From Octopus vulgaris (lineage: Eukaryota): a stretch of DNA of 64,000 nucleotides. Positions 27,195-40,624 of this stretch are shown here, piece after piece (the stretch's first letter is position 1; each line of letters starts with the position of its first letter). Below the pieces are notes generated by a model. That model saw only the letters and a program-made list of their open reading frames with translations. It ran no database searches and had not been told where the DNA came from. The translations under genes were made by a program, and so were the position numbers. The stretch lies in the NCBI GenBank assembly GCA_951406725.2, contig OX597832.1:64914001-64978000 (forward strand), given 5' to 3'.

Positions 27195-28161
27195 CTTTTC
27201 TGACTCATTATTTCTTCATGTCTATCGTTCTACACTCTTCGTCACTCTCTGTATTTCTATTGTATTTCTTTTCCACATCATTTCACTCCGCACCCTGTCT
27301 GTCTGTCAGTCTCACTCACCCCCCTCTCTCTCTCTCTCTCTCTTTCGCACTCTTTCCTTTCTTTCAGTGTTTATACTAATTAGCACCAAAGGTCGGTTCT
27401 AACCGAGAAAACACGATTAAGATGGTTTATCAATGAGCCTCCAGTCATGTATTTTGAAGACAATAGAGCAGTATTTCGAAGAATAACGGGATTTTGCATG
27501 AAAAATTTCGAATAAAATTGAAATATATGTCAATAAAATAATTTAAAAACCATATGTTATTAAAAATATTACAACTCACTATTTCTAAAGTATGCTGATG
27601 GTCCATAAGATATTACAATGGGTTCCTTGATGTTTAGGAAACGATTTAAGCCTTCCGTGACCGACAATAGATTGGAAATCAATGCCGTAGAGCGCGAATT
27701 CAGAAAAGACTGCTGTTTCAAGCAGGCTAATTGATCATATTGAAGATCACTCGTTCTCTTGCTCTGTTTTAGTTATTGATGTGTAACCCTTGCTATGCCC
27801 TGGTTGAGTACGTTTGTGATGACCATAGGCATTTCATTCGTGATCCTCCTGCAAGATAGCCCGAAGACAATATACAATGTGTCCTGTTCTAAGACAGTAA
27901 AGTAAGATTTGAGAAAATTTGTTTATCTTTAGAAGCTTCCTCTCTAACAAAACTTTGTACTTCCATATTCTCCCTTCTGCGGTGTCTCTTGTCATTTCTC
28001 TCTATCAACACACGCTCTGTACGTGTGCATATATTTGCATGTGTGTGTGTATACGCACAGAAACACGCACATCTATATGTATACACACACGCAAGCATAT
28101 ATTCTCACACAAACATACATATATACACTCACAAACTAACACACATATATACGCACAAACA

Positions 28162-28214
<53 letters not shown>

Positions 28215-28399
28215 ACGCACACACACACACACAAACATATATATATACGCGCACAGACATATATATATATATATATATATATATAACACAAAAAACATAT
28301 TTTTCACTCGTTGGTGATGTCCTGTACTTGATGAATTTATATTTATTTATAATCGAATGCCATGCAGACTTGTACACTGTAAGTTTTTAAGTTTTTAAG

Positions 28400-28456
<57 letters not shown>

Positions 28457-28589
28457 GAGTCACAGTGAAGGTAAGCTCCCTGTAACTTCGAAGTTACTGT
28501 CAACCTTTTCCTTGTAAATCATTAATAATCATGTACATCACCAACACTTTAAGTAATTATAAACGATAAATTGTTTTTATACATAAATT

Positions 28590-28591
28590 CA

Positions 28592-28651
<60 letters not shown>

Positions 28652-28750
28652 CATTCACACACATACAGAAATAAATACATACGTGTATATATATATATAT
28701 ATACGCACACATACAGAAATACAGATATATATATACGCACTCATACAGAA

Positions 28751-28795
<45 letters not shown>

Positions 28796-28844
28796 GAAAT
28801 ACATATATATATATACATACACATACAAACATACATATACATAC

Positions 28845-28908
<64 letters not shown>

Positions 28909-28944
28909 TTACAGAAATACATATATATATATACACCCACAAAG

Positions 28945-28983
<39 letters not shown>

Positions 28984-29032
28984 CAGAAATACATACACAT
29001 ATATATATATATATAAACACATACAGAAGTAT

Positions 29033-29065
<33 letters not shown>

Positions 29066-29191
29066 CACACACATACAAAAATACATACATATATATATAT
29101 ATACACACATACAGAAATACATACATACACACACACATATATATATATACACACACACAGAAATACATATATACAGACACATTTGTGAGTA

Positions 29192-29230
<39 letters not shown>
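28590..29230. repeat. TA-based minisatellite with recurring CACATACAGAAATACATA units
   Basis: About ten acagaaatac-type motifs separated by variable (TA)n/(CA)n. Confidence 0.9.
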
Positions 29231-29795
29231 CACGAACAAATACTCACACACATACATACACACAAACATATCTACAGAGGGACTCATTTACTTGTGTTTG
29301 TCATTGGAGTATAGCCATGCTGGAGTATTCCATTGGAAGTTCGAGTCGGACGAGTCAGATCTAGTACTTTTATTTATCTTCTTAAATCGGATCCTTTTGT
29401 TCCATCGCTCTCTGACGCTAAACTTTATACATTCGCTTGGGGACTGATACTTTAAGTAGGAAATTAAGGAGACCTTTCCAACAACAAGTGGGGCGTGGGG
29501 TCGGGAGGCTCAACGCATGTGAAAGATAGAGTACAAATCGTATTTAAATGCGGAGCATATTGAGTGCGAAACGATTCAAAGAGATTTCGAAACCGGCAGG
29601 TTGAAGCACGTCCACTTCCAGAGACGACGAAAAGGACAATTAATGCGTGTATGTTTGTGTGTGTGTGTGTGTGTGTGTGTGCTCGTGTATACATTCATGC
29701 ATAAAGGCGTGGAATAGCTGCGATCCTTCGAACGATAATTGAAGAGGATGTGTGTGTATTTTCCGTTTTTTCTTATATATATATCGTGTTTTATT

Positions 29796-29846
<51 letters not shown>

Positions 29847-30497
29847 CATGTATGTGTAGAAATTTTAGTTTTCTTCGCCGTCTTTTAGAAAATCTACATG
29901 TGAATATACTCGTATCTCTTACTTCTCCCTTCTGTCTCTATCTCTCTTTCTCCAAACTTTTGCGTACTGCATTAGTAGCAGCTCCGTTCTGCCTGGCATG
30001 CCAGAGCAGACTACACACACACACTCACACACACACTCATTCTCTCTGTTTCTGTCTGTCTCCCCCCCCCTCTCTCTCTCTCTCTCTCTTATTCAATCAA
30101 TCTTCTGATTTTCTCACACGCTGTTTCATTTATCAATATTCACTCTCCCTAGCTTTCTTCCTTTCCTACCAAAACTTTATACATACACAAAAGTAAAAAC
30201 CATTTTGCATTCACAGAAATTTCTCCTAATCTAAGTCTCTCTCCCCATCGCATATTACACACACACACACGGCCCCGAGTAATCCATAACACCTAGTTGT
30301 TCTTCTCTGAATTAGAGACTCTGAAGCTCCCTTTTCTGCGCAGGTTTCTCTCGCTCCCACCTATTCGAATTTACAGTAATTTAAGCAGAATCGGCATAAA
30401 CCACAGGGGTCACGAAAGGTCTATAACAAGCATGGGCACTGACCCTTCCTCCACATACAGCATGAAAATGCCTCCCACGCACACATCTTTGTATGCA

Positions 30498-31105
30498 TCT
30501 TGTTTCAGTCATTTGACTGCGGCCATACTGGGGCAACGCCTTTAGATTTTAGTCCAACGAATCAACCGCAGTACCTGTTTTTTTTAAGCCTGGTATTTAT
30601 TCTATCTGCCTTGTTTGCCGAACTGCTAAGTTTCGGGGACGTAAACTCACCAACATCGGTTTTCAAGTGGTGGTGGAGAACAGACACTCACACACACACA
30701 TACACACACTGTGATCCCTCGCCATATCGCGGTTCACCTATCGTGGTTTATTATTTAAGCTTACGTCGATTAATCCGTTGTGTTGTTTTGCATCTATAAT
30801 AAAATAAGTATATAAAAATTATAAAAGTCATTTTTAAAAATACACAGTACTGTCTCTATTTCGCTGATTTTCATCTATCGCGGGTGTTTTGGAACCTAAC
30901 ACACGCGATACACGAGGGATTACTGTATTTATATATATATATATACTTTTTTTTGACGGGCTTCTTTCAGTTTCCGTCTAGCAGATCCAATGACAAGGCT
31001 TTGGTCGGGTCAAGGCTAGAGTAGAAGACGCTTGCCCAAAGTGCCACGCAGTGGGACTGAACGCAGAACCATGTGGTTGAAAAGCAAACTTATCACACAG
31101 CCGTG
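30498..31105 (-). mobile_element. SINE family A with a nested MITE in its central microsatellite
   Basis: Tail 30498-30690 and head 30955-31105 match family A. Confidence 0.85.
30707..30927. mobile_element. pogo/Tigger-like MITE
   Basis: TIRs cactgtgatccctcgccatatcgcg and cgcgatacacgagggattactgta (reverse complement TACAGTAATCCCTCG..TATCGCG), with a TA at the right end. Confidence 0.75.
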
Positions 31106-31110
31106 CATAG

Positions 31111-31146
<36 letters not shown>

Positions 31147-31169
31147 AGAGAGAGGGAGATATATAGAGG

Positions 31170-31524
31170 GGCACAGGTATGGCCGTGTAGTAAGTTTACT
31201 TCTCATCCACAGGTATCTTCTATAGGCTTGGGCCGACCAAAGCCTTTTGAGTGCATTTGGTAGACAGAAACTGAAACAAGCCCATCGTACACACACACAT
31301 ATATATAGTTAAAAAAACCCCCAGAAAAAAGACAAGAAAAAGACAACAACGTGAGGATGTAGTATATGTAAAGTATTAATGAGATGCTCAGGGAAGGAAA
31401 GAAAAAGTGGTTGTTTTACGTTTCGAGCAAAGCTCTTCTTCGGAAACAGGAGACATACGAAAGTCCAAAAGAAAAGGAAGAAGGAAAAAAATCGCCAACC
31501 GTCCACGTCCAGCTACATTTTGGA

Positions 31525-31583
<59 letters not shown>

Positions 31584-32190
31584 CATACATACATACACCG
31601 TTTGACAACCGATGTTGGTGTATTTACGCCTCTCTGACTTAGCGATTCGGAAAAAGGGAGGGACAGTACCAGTTTTTAAAAAATCACTGGCGTTGATTAG
31701 TTTTATTAAAATTTCTCAAGGCAGTGCCCCAGCTTGGCGGCGTTCTAATCACTGAAAGAAGATAATGAGAAAAGATACATACGCATGCGCAACATTCAAC
31801 TCCAATCAGAACTGAAAGCAATAAAGAACTCAAATCAACTTTAATATGGATGTAGATATGGCTGTGCAGTTAAGCAACTAGCTTTGCACTCTCGATGTTT
31901 CCAGTTCAATCTCAGAGTGCTGCATCCTGGGCAAACCTTTTGCTATCACCCTGAGTCGAACTCTACCTTGTGAACGAATTTGGAAAGCCGAAACTATGTG
32001 GAAGCTCCTCGTCAATGTGTGTGTGTGTGTGTCACCCTACCACCTCTTGAGAATCGGTTTTGGTTTGTTTACGTTCTCATAACTTAGGAAAAGTGCTCAA
32101 CAGATCAAGCGCTAGACTTAAAAACAAGTAATATTCGGCCAAACCTGTCAAGATGGTGCTCCAGCATAGCCGCTGTTCAATGCCTTGTAC
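31170..32190 (+). mobile_element. Diverged SINE A pieces (~31170-31290, ~31595-31770, ~31848-32190)
   Basis: Contain ggccgaccaaagcc, ttgacaaccgatgttggtgt and ggtgctccagcatagccgc. Confidence 0.75.
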
Positions 32191-34899
32191 AAAGAAAACC
32201 GTGAATTATCATTACAACTTAATACTAAGGAGATGCTAATCCCAGCTTCAGGCCTGTGACATTTTTCTCTTTTAAGCTCATCCTTTTATGAAACAAAGAA
32301 AGAAAATACGAGTGTTGTAGAAGCGTAGTTGTGAGGGTCAGAATAGGTTGTCCTTCAACTTGGATCCTGGGTATGAGACAAAGCTACACTTAATTAGTGG
32401 CAGTATCATTTAATGCCTGGAAAGTTAATGAAGCAATCTTTCAAGATATTAACAATTCAAAGAGAATATTTGTAACACCATATGATTCTCTCTGCCATCG
32501 ATAGACTCTAGTTTTTCATTGGGTTTTCTACGTTTTCGTGTTTTTTAATCTTGCATTTTTTTATTGTTTAAGGATATGTAATGTAATTTGATTAACTCAT
32601 GATGCAGTCACAATTTTACCATATTCATTCTTTAATATAAGATTTTGGTGAAGAAACTTATTGTACTTAGATTCCCGTATTTAAAGAGCGACGGAAAAGA
32701 GCAGCATCTCGTTTCTCTCGTGAATTTAGTCAGAGACATGTTTAATCAGAGATAAATATCTATAATCACTGAGTGTCGGCAGTGTTTGGTACGTTTGTCA
32801 CGCGATTGTGTTTTCCGAGATTATGAACTTTCTAGTAGCCAAGAGGCTAGAGTTAAGTTTTATGTTGGTTTATCATTATAGTAAAATAAGAAAAGTAATT
32901 TGTGCATTCAATGTCGAATGTTTTGAAGTCAGGTTATTACGTACTTACAGATAAATTTCACCTCTCTCAAGTTTCGGTTATTATAGACTTGCTTAAAACT
33001 TTCCAGCGATTCAAATGGGTATATTTGGATTTTAATTTGAATTCGAATTATTTTCATGTTATTTCTCCTGGTAGTTCGAAGGTCAAGAGAAAACGTCTGG
33101 TAGTTGTTGACCGCTGGCTATATGATGGTCATTCTTAAGATATATACCAATTATACAATTCTTAGTTGAGGCCAATGACTCTAAAACAAGTCACCAGAAG
33201 AAATACTTTGGTGTCCCCATGAACTTAAAAAATATTTCAAAGATTTAAAAATCCTTACTAAATTTCGAGCAGTTTGATCTATTTTCTTCTACAGGCTTAA
33301 TTTATATCACTAAACAAGAAGTTTATATCATAGAAGGGCGGTCTCAGGCGGGTTGTATCAAAAGTGTTCCATTTACAGTAGAGTTTTTTTTTTACCTTTA
33401 AAGTCACATTTCGAATGGAACAGTAAAGTTTTGTTGGTCCTCTTGTGCACCACGAAATGAGGTTAAAGTTTAAAATGAAATATTTTAAATCAACGAGGCC
33501 AAAAAACTAATACACGAACATTAGTTTATTTCTGAATTCTCTATTCCCGAAAGAGTCCTACATTTATTTAAAAAGAAAAAAAATGTGTCACCAGTAAACA
33601 GCGCTCCTTGGTGGACTTTACTACAACATGTTTTGTGTAAGAAGTGATAAACGTAATGGTGACAAAATGTAGGCACAAGACCAGCAATTTTAGGGAAGCG
33701 GATAATCGATCACATGGGCTCCATTGCTCAAACTTTACTCACATTATCCAACTCGGAAAGATGAAATTTATCTCAGAGCCAACCACAGAGAAATTTGAAC
33801 TCAGAACGTAAAGAGCCGGAGCAAATGCCGGTAAGCATTTTTGCTTGATGCGCTAACAATTCTGAAAGTTCATTGCCCTTTTAAGTAATGGACAAATAAT
33901 AAAACCGTCACACTTTTCAGGTATGATGGCTTTATCGGACGACCACTTAAAGGCACCGCCATAAGTTTGTACTCCCAACGTTGTAGCAGTCAGTCAATGA
34001 AGTCCATTTAATTGAGTTCACTTCTCTAATGCTTCACTTTGTGCATATGTTAGATAATACGAACACACACAATCATTTGTCGTGTTCTCTTCCTAATTTA
34101 AGAAAAAGATGGTTTTGTTTTATTTGCTTATCTTTCCTCTTCTCCTCACAAGCATACATACACGCAAACACCAACGAAAACAAACACGCACATGCTGTCT
34201 GTCTGTGTCGCACTAGCTCTTCACTTTCGCTGAGAAATAAAGCCAGTCTGACACGCAGAGAGAGAGAGAGAGAGAAAGAGAGAGAAAGAGAGAGAAAAAG
34301 AGAGAGAGAAAGAGAGAGAGAGACAGAGAAAGAGGGAGAGAGAAAGAGAGAGATAGAGGTAGATAGAAAGAGAGAGTCTTATAATTAGAGTGTGGGTAAA
34401 TGGAGGAGAAAAGAGCTGGATAACTACGTACTTAATAATTCGTTCACGTCTGTCTACTAATCTCATTTAGTGTATTGATTGCTAACACAGGCACAAGGTC
34501 TCATATTTCGGGAGAGGTTATAATCGATAGTTGATCGACTGATGTCACAACTGCTACGTTATTTCATCGATCACCACAAAGAAGAAAAGCTAAGTATACT
34601 AGGGTGGGTTTCGGACATCAAAACTTCAAGGTTCGCAACCAATCAGTAATTTTGTTCACTTCTAATTAGTCAACCAATCTATGACTGCCACTAAAACCGG
34701 TCCTCAGATGTGTGGCCTTAGACGAAGGTGAGTCGATCCGACGGTGAATTTGTAGAATCGTTTCAGCGTTGAATAGGATATTTTGCGGTGGTCGTTCCGG
34801 CACTTTAAGTTCTGGGTTCAAATCCAGACAAGGTCCACTTTGTAGTTCATCTTTCCGGAGCCAGCAACAGTACCAATCATATTCTTGAGAATATACTTC

Positions 34900-35070
34900 T
34901 CTCTATCTTTCGGAATCGGCTACGATGCAACGTAAGACGTTTCTCAAGAGAGGCCATTTGCTGCAACATCGATTTGTGAAGAATTGGAGTCAAGTTGAAG
35001 AAGGAGGCTACCAACTGTTCAAGGATGACCCAATGAGGGCAATACAGCACATAACAGAAATTAAAAATAA
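34900..35070 (+). pseudogene. Possible mariner HTH-region fragment
   Basis: FVKNWSQVEEGGYQLFKDDP resembles the mariner VKNWxxxFxxGxxSxEDDPRSGRP segment. Confidence 0.35.
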
Positions 35071-35519
35071 AAAAACGAATTTTCAATCATATCGACCCTG
35101 GTATTTGACTGGTACTGTATTTTGTCAGATCACGAAAGGATGAAATCCAAATTTGACCTTGGTGGAATTTGAACTACTGTCACTAAATATAGCATGACAT
35201 TTAGTGTCCAATACTCGAACAAATGCCAGTTCACCGCTCTTATATTAATTTTAAATGGTCCCCAGTGCTATTAGACTACAGTAGCAGACAATTGGATTAA
35301 AGTTCTAATCACTGTAATCTTCGCAGTGACATGTTTGGTTACGTGGCTTAGTTATATGTAGATACCCGCGTTATTTGTAGAGACATACTTAAAAAGGAAA
35401 ACAATGCACGGCTAATACTAAAGCAGAACTCATAAACCTATAATATACTTGATCACATATTACGGTTACAAGACGAAACATGGTGTCCCCACCATAGCGA
35501 TTAATACTTAGCTTTACAT

Positions 35520-36323
35520 ATTTACATTGTTATCGCCTTCAAAGTATTTTCCATTTGAAGCAATGCATCGGTACAGACGAGTTTTCCACTATTCGAAGCA
35601 GTACTGGAAATCTTGCGAAGTGATGCCTTTTAACGGCTCCGTCGTTTATTTCTTCACCTATCCCACATCTGCAAATTCCGTAGTGCCAGCTTTCGTCACT
35701 AGGGATGACCTTCGAAAAAGGTCCGGACCAACTTCCAACTATTCTTTCATTTCACGACATGCATTCAGTCATAAATGCTTTTGATCTGTGAGCAAGCGAG
35801 GCACAAATTTTGCTGCGACTCTTTTCATTCAAAATTCTTTGGCAGGAGCTCCAAGACACATCAGTTCGTCAATTGTTCGGTGACGCTCCTTCAAGATCAA
35901 TTTCATGAATTTTCACTCTGTTTCCAGTCATTCAGGATGTCGACGGTCGTCGTGAACGAGGTTGGTCTTCAAGCGACAAGTCACCATTCGTAAAGCATAA
36001 AAACAAGTAAACTTATGTTTTGCTCATGGCAGCGTCCTTGTAAGGTTTTTGAGGCTTGAGAACTGTTTCGGCCGTAGTTCTCAGTAGCAGAAAACAGAAT
36101 TTCACGGACGCGCTCTGTTCCTTCGTTTCAGCCATCGAAAAAAAAAATCGAAGCACTGCAAAACAAAGACGCACCGCGTGGAAGTACGACATCACTCAAC
36201 ATCGACGGTCGACAACTGATGCCCGAGGATCGCATCAAGTGATTTCTAGCGGTGGAAGCCTGAACTACAACGAGCTTGTCCCACGGAGAATGTTTCCGGT
36301 TACTTTTGGGTAGCCCTTCGTAT
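35520..36323 (-). mobile_element. Internally deleted mariner element with transposase pseudogene
   Basis: TIR TACGAAGGGCTACCCAAAAGTAACCGG at 36322. Fragments: MAETKEQSASVKFCFLL..TAETV..YKDAAMSKT, SLEDQPRSRRPST, KRVAAKFVPRLLT, and C-terminal DFQYCFE*WKTRLYRCIASNGKYFEGD. Confidence 0.9.
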
Positions 36324-36599
36324 GAACGTACCAGTAACCATGAATGTGCTTAATATGTAAATTGCTTTGTCTAGTGATGTTACACATCTAAACTTAATGG
36401 CTTTTTAGGTAATGGATGATTAATGAATTGGATGTGGTGCTGAAAACGGAGGAAGAGTTCCTGAAATGTGTATTTACACTCGTTACCTATTTTCTGTCTT
36501 TGATAGCATTGCATACATAGACGTATTCGTATACAGAATGCATCTTTCAGTGCTGACTCGAAATTCTGTAGGGAATAATGTTTCGATATGTTTTAATAA

Positions 36600-36777
36600 T
36601 TTAACTGAAATCCCGTCGAAATCTTTTCGTGGGTCGACGAAGCAAGTGTCATTTCAGACAGAAAACGGCCAGGCCAGACACGGAGAAGCAACTCTCATAC
36701 GACTCCTTAATAATCCTGCCGAGGTTGACTCTTGTTTTATCGATCCACCAAAAGATTTCGACGGGATTTCAGTTAAA
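36600..36777. repeat. Inverted repeat with a perfect 28-bp segment
   Basis: tttaactgaaatcccgtcgaaatctttt (36600-36627) / aaaagatttcgacgggatttcagttaaa (36750-36777). It extends imperfectly ~24 bp inward. Confidence 0.9.
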
Positions 36778-36796
36778 AGAGTACAGCAAATCGAAA

Positions 36797-36867
<71 letters not shown>

Positions 36868-37148
36868 GATAAAGGTAACTTTCCAAAATTGGTTAACAGG
36901 GATATACAATCCTAGCGAGTAACATGTTCGCTTTTACTGGTTAACAATGTAATGCTGTCTAACCTCAGTGAATGTAAACGAACTCCATTTAGTTGACTTC
37001 ACTATACTCGGTAAATCTTCACTTTGGTAAATCCAAGTGCCTGTATACAGACTGTATAGTGTCGGTGAAGAAAAAATAATTGATAAAAATTAGAACTGAT
37101 TTACATATCCAGGCTTTATTATACAGTTAATCACACCTTTCTTTGTCA

Positions 37149-37270
37149 GTACCTACACGTGTTTCAGCGGCAGCCAATGTACACTGCAAATTATGCATTT
37201 TGGTGTTAATAACTGGTACTGCTTCATGAAGCAGCACCAGTAATTAACACCAAAATGCTTTAGGTACCTA
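37149..37270 (-). ncRNA. Disrupted minimal hammerhead with a 64-bp palindrome (37195-37258) centred on its core
   Basis: Minus strand reads ..ATGA agcagta...tgccgct GAAAC ACGT GTA ggtac. The CTG of CTGATGA is replaced by an inverted duplication. Confidence 0.6.
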
Positions 37271-37421
37271 TGCAGTCGCTAGCAGGCTTAGAGACTCTCC
37301 TGGCCCTTCTCGACCTCAGCGGACATAGATGATGTGAGACAAGTGCTGCACCAGTTACACACAGTTTTGTCCAAGTAGACAAGAACATTGTGAAATGAAG
37401 TATTTTGCGTAAGGACAAAAC

Positions 37422-37728
37422 TGGCGCTCCATCGGTTACACCGACGAGGGTCGGAGCTGATCAAATTAACGGAGCAGCCTGCTCGTGAAATTAACGTGCA
37501 AGTGACTGAGCACTCCACAGACACGCAAAACATTAATGTAGTTCACAGGGAGAGTCAGCGTGACAAAATTTGACGAGTCTGGTCCCTTTTAAATTTCAGG
37601 TACTACTCATTATCGATAGTTGATTGAACTAGAGCAACGTGAAATAAAGGGTCTTGCTCAAGGACACAACGAGTCGCCGGGAATTGAAATCACGACCTTA
37701 CGATCATGAGCCGAATACCCTATCCACA
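37422..37728 (-). mobile_element. SINE family C (tRNA head plus gttgtgtccttgagcaagac core)
   Basis: Minus-strand head gtggatagggtattcggctcatgatcgtaaggtcgtgatttcaattcccgg. The 3' part recurs at 63806-64000 and a fragment at ~58290-58430. Confidence 0.8.
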
Positions 37729-37747
37729 CACATACACACCTTTCATA

Positions 37748-38108
37748 TTTTACTTGTTTCAGTCATTAGACTGCGGCCCTTACTGGGGCACCACCTCGAA
37801 GAATTTTAACCGAACGAATCGCCAGCTGTACTTATTCTCTTTAAAACCTGGTACCTATTCTTCCATTTTTTTTTTTGGAATCGCCAGATTACAGGGATGT
37901 AAACACACCAACACCAGTTGTCAAAGAGACACAAATTAAGACACTCGCGCGCGGACACACAAACACACGGCCTTCTTCGTTTCCGTCTACCAACTCCACT
38001 GAACGCAGGAGGCTATAGTCGCAGACATTTGCCCAAAGTGGCGCATAGTGAAACTGAAGCCGAACCGTTTAGTTGCGAAGGAATCTTCTTACCACAGCCA
38101 CGTTTGCG
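37748..38108 (-). mobile_element. SINE family A, diverged
   Basis: acttgtttcagtcattagactgcggcc ... ttgcccaaagtggcgcatagtg ... cttaccacagcca. Confidence 0.8.
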
Positions 38109-38253
38109 CACACACACACTCACCCCAACTAATAAGGACATCTGGTATACTTGACTGAGGATAGAAGGCCACGAATGACCCGTCTTCTTTTGCCTGTCCG
38201 CCTTTGTATCATCTGTCTGAACGTTTTATTGTCCTCTATTGCATTTTTGTTCC

Positions 38254-38321
<68 letters not shown>

Positions 38322-38322
38322 A

Positions 38323-38400
<78 letters not shown>

Positions 38401-38561
38401 GCGCGCACGAATGAGTCTGTTTTCGCCTTCCTACAGATAATCACTCTCACACACTCATCTCTGGTTTTATCTATCGATACAACTGTCTCATCGTCAGTCT
38501 GTATATTTGCCTGTCTGTGTATAAGTTCGTCTGCATACCTCTCTTTCTATGATGTTCTCAC

Positions 38562-38601
<40 letters not shown>

Positions 38602-39631
38602 ACCCATTATCACTCTCTCCAAGACGTAGGCAGTCGATCCCTTTTTCGTACTGCGTGCGCGCCCAGCCTCGAAGCCCGCCACCACCACCCGTATACGTGA
38701 ACACGTATCTCCGACTCCTTCACTGTATCCAAGTCTCTCAGCTTCTGTCTGTCTGTCTCTCTCTCTCTTTTGCCGAGCACAGCGCAGACTATACCTCTTC
38801 GGAGACAGTCATGTTCCTACGCAAACACATATACAAGTGCACACACTCACGCATACAAATATGCACCTGCACACACACACACACACACAGCCATATATAG
38901 ATATATACACACACATGCACAGAGCCATATATAGATACACACGCAAGCACCCACAAAGCCATATGTAGATATACGCACACACGCCAGCATTTATATATAT
39001 ATATATATATGTACACACACACTCACGCAAACACATAATTGCACATACACACGCACAAGCACACCAGAGTATATGTATACACCCACACTCATGTATATAC
39101 GTACACACACACATGCAAGCATATACATATGCACACACACACACACACATACACCCAATCATTCGTGTGCTAACAGGAAATCCCGCCCATGGTCATATGT
39201 CATGCTAAAAATCACAGCCTACCACCTTATAGAAGTAGGCAACAGTCACAGATATTTAATGTATGAAATGTCCTTTAACCGAAGGTTTTACTCACGTGCA
39301 ATGCTGACCTGGGGCTAAACAACACACACACACACGCACGCTGATTCATTCACGATCTCTTCTGTTTTTCTGCCGTCACATTTTCGCTTATTCTTTCCAT
39401 TCCTCATTCACTTCATCCTTTCGCGTTCTCTCATTCCAACGATCTTTTATTCTTTCACTCATTTTCTACAATCGCTCTTCAACACTTCTTTCCTTTCTCT
39501 CTCCCACCAATTGTTTATTTAAAAAAAATTCTTTATCCCACTCTTCTGTCTTCATCTTGCCTGGATCCTTTTCCCTCCACATTCCACTTTGTATCCTTTA
39601 GTGCATCACTTAGTCCTGTCTTCTGTCAAGC

Positions 39632-40005
39632 GTGGCCTTGTTTCCCAACCACATGCTTTCGGGTTCAGTCCCACAGCATGGCACCTTGTGCATGTGTCTT
39701 CTACTATAGCCTCGGGCCTACCAAAGCCTTGTCAGTGTATTTGGTAGGCGGAAACTAAAAGAAGCCTGTCGTGTGTGTATAGATATATATATATCTATAT
39801 ACACGTGCGTGTGTGTGAGTATAGTGTGTGTTTATCCACAATCTCCACTTGACAACCGGTGCTGGTGTGTTTACGTTCCCCTAATTTAGCGGTTCAGTAA
39901 AAGAGACTGATAGAAGTACGAGCTTTGTAAAATACTGGGGACGATTAGTTCGACTTACATTCTTTCATCGCTACCTCAGCATGACCGCCGTCCAGTGACT
40001 AAAAC
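39632..40005 (+). mobile_element. SINE family A
   Basis: cccaaccacatg..ggttcagtcccac..ggcaccttg..cttgacaaccggtgctggtgtgtttacg. Confidence 0.85.
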
Positions 40006-40583
40006 TATACACATACATACATACATACATATATCTACAAACACACACACACACATATGCAGCCGTACACACATACGCACGCACATACACACACTTCCTC
40101 CCTTGTTTACTTGAATAGGTTAAAGAGACTTCTCTCTCCACACACATATCTGTATATATGTTCCGTGTTTACATGAATGGATTAAAAAGGAAAATCTCTT
40201 CCCCGCCTCCTCTTAATTTCTAATTCACTCTTCCCACTCTCTTTATCTTTATCGCTCACATTCTCCTCCTCTTTGTACCTCCTTCTCTATTTGTTTTTTT
40301 CATTTAGTTTTCCATTTAACCTTCATTCTTTCTCCTCCAGTTCTCTTTTTCTCCGTCCTTCCGCTCTTTTCACATCTCCCAATCTTCTTTCCTTCCAATT
40401 CCTCCCTCCCTCTCTCTCTCTCTCTCTCTTCCTCCACACAAAACACATCGCTATCTATTTCTCTCCATAGTTTCTATCTCTGTCTGTCTGTCTCTTTCTC
40501 CCTCACTCTACCTCTATCACTTTTACACTATTTCTCTCTCACAGTGTTCCCATCTCTTTGTCACTATTTCATTGTCTCCCTCA

Positions 40584-40624
<41 letters not shown>

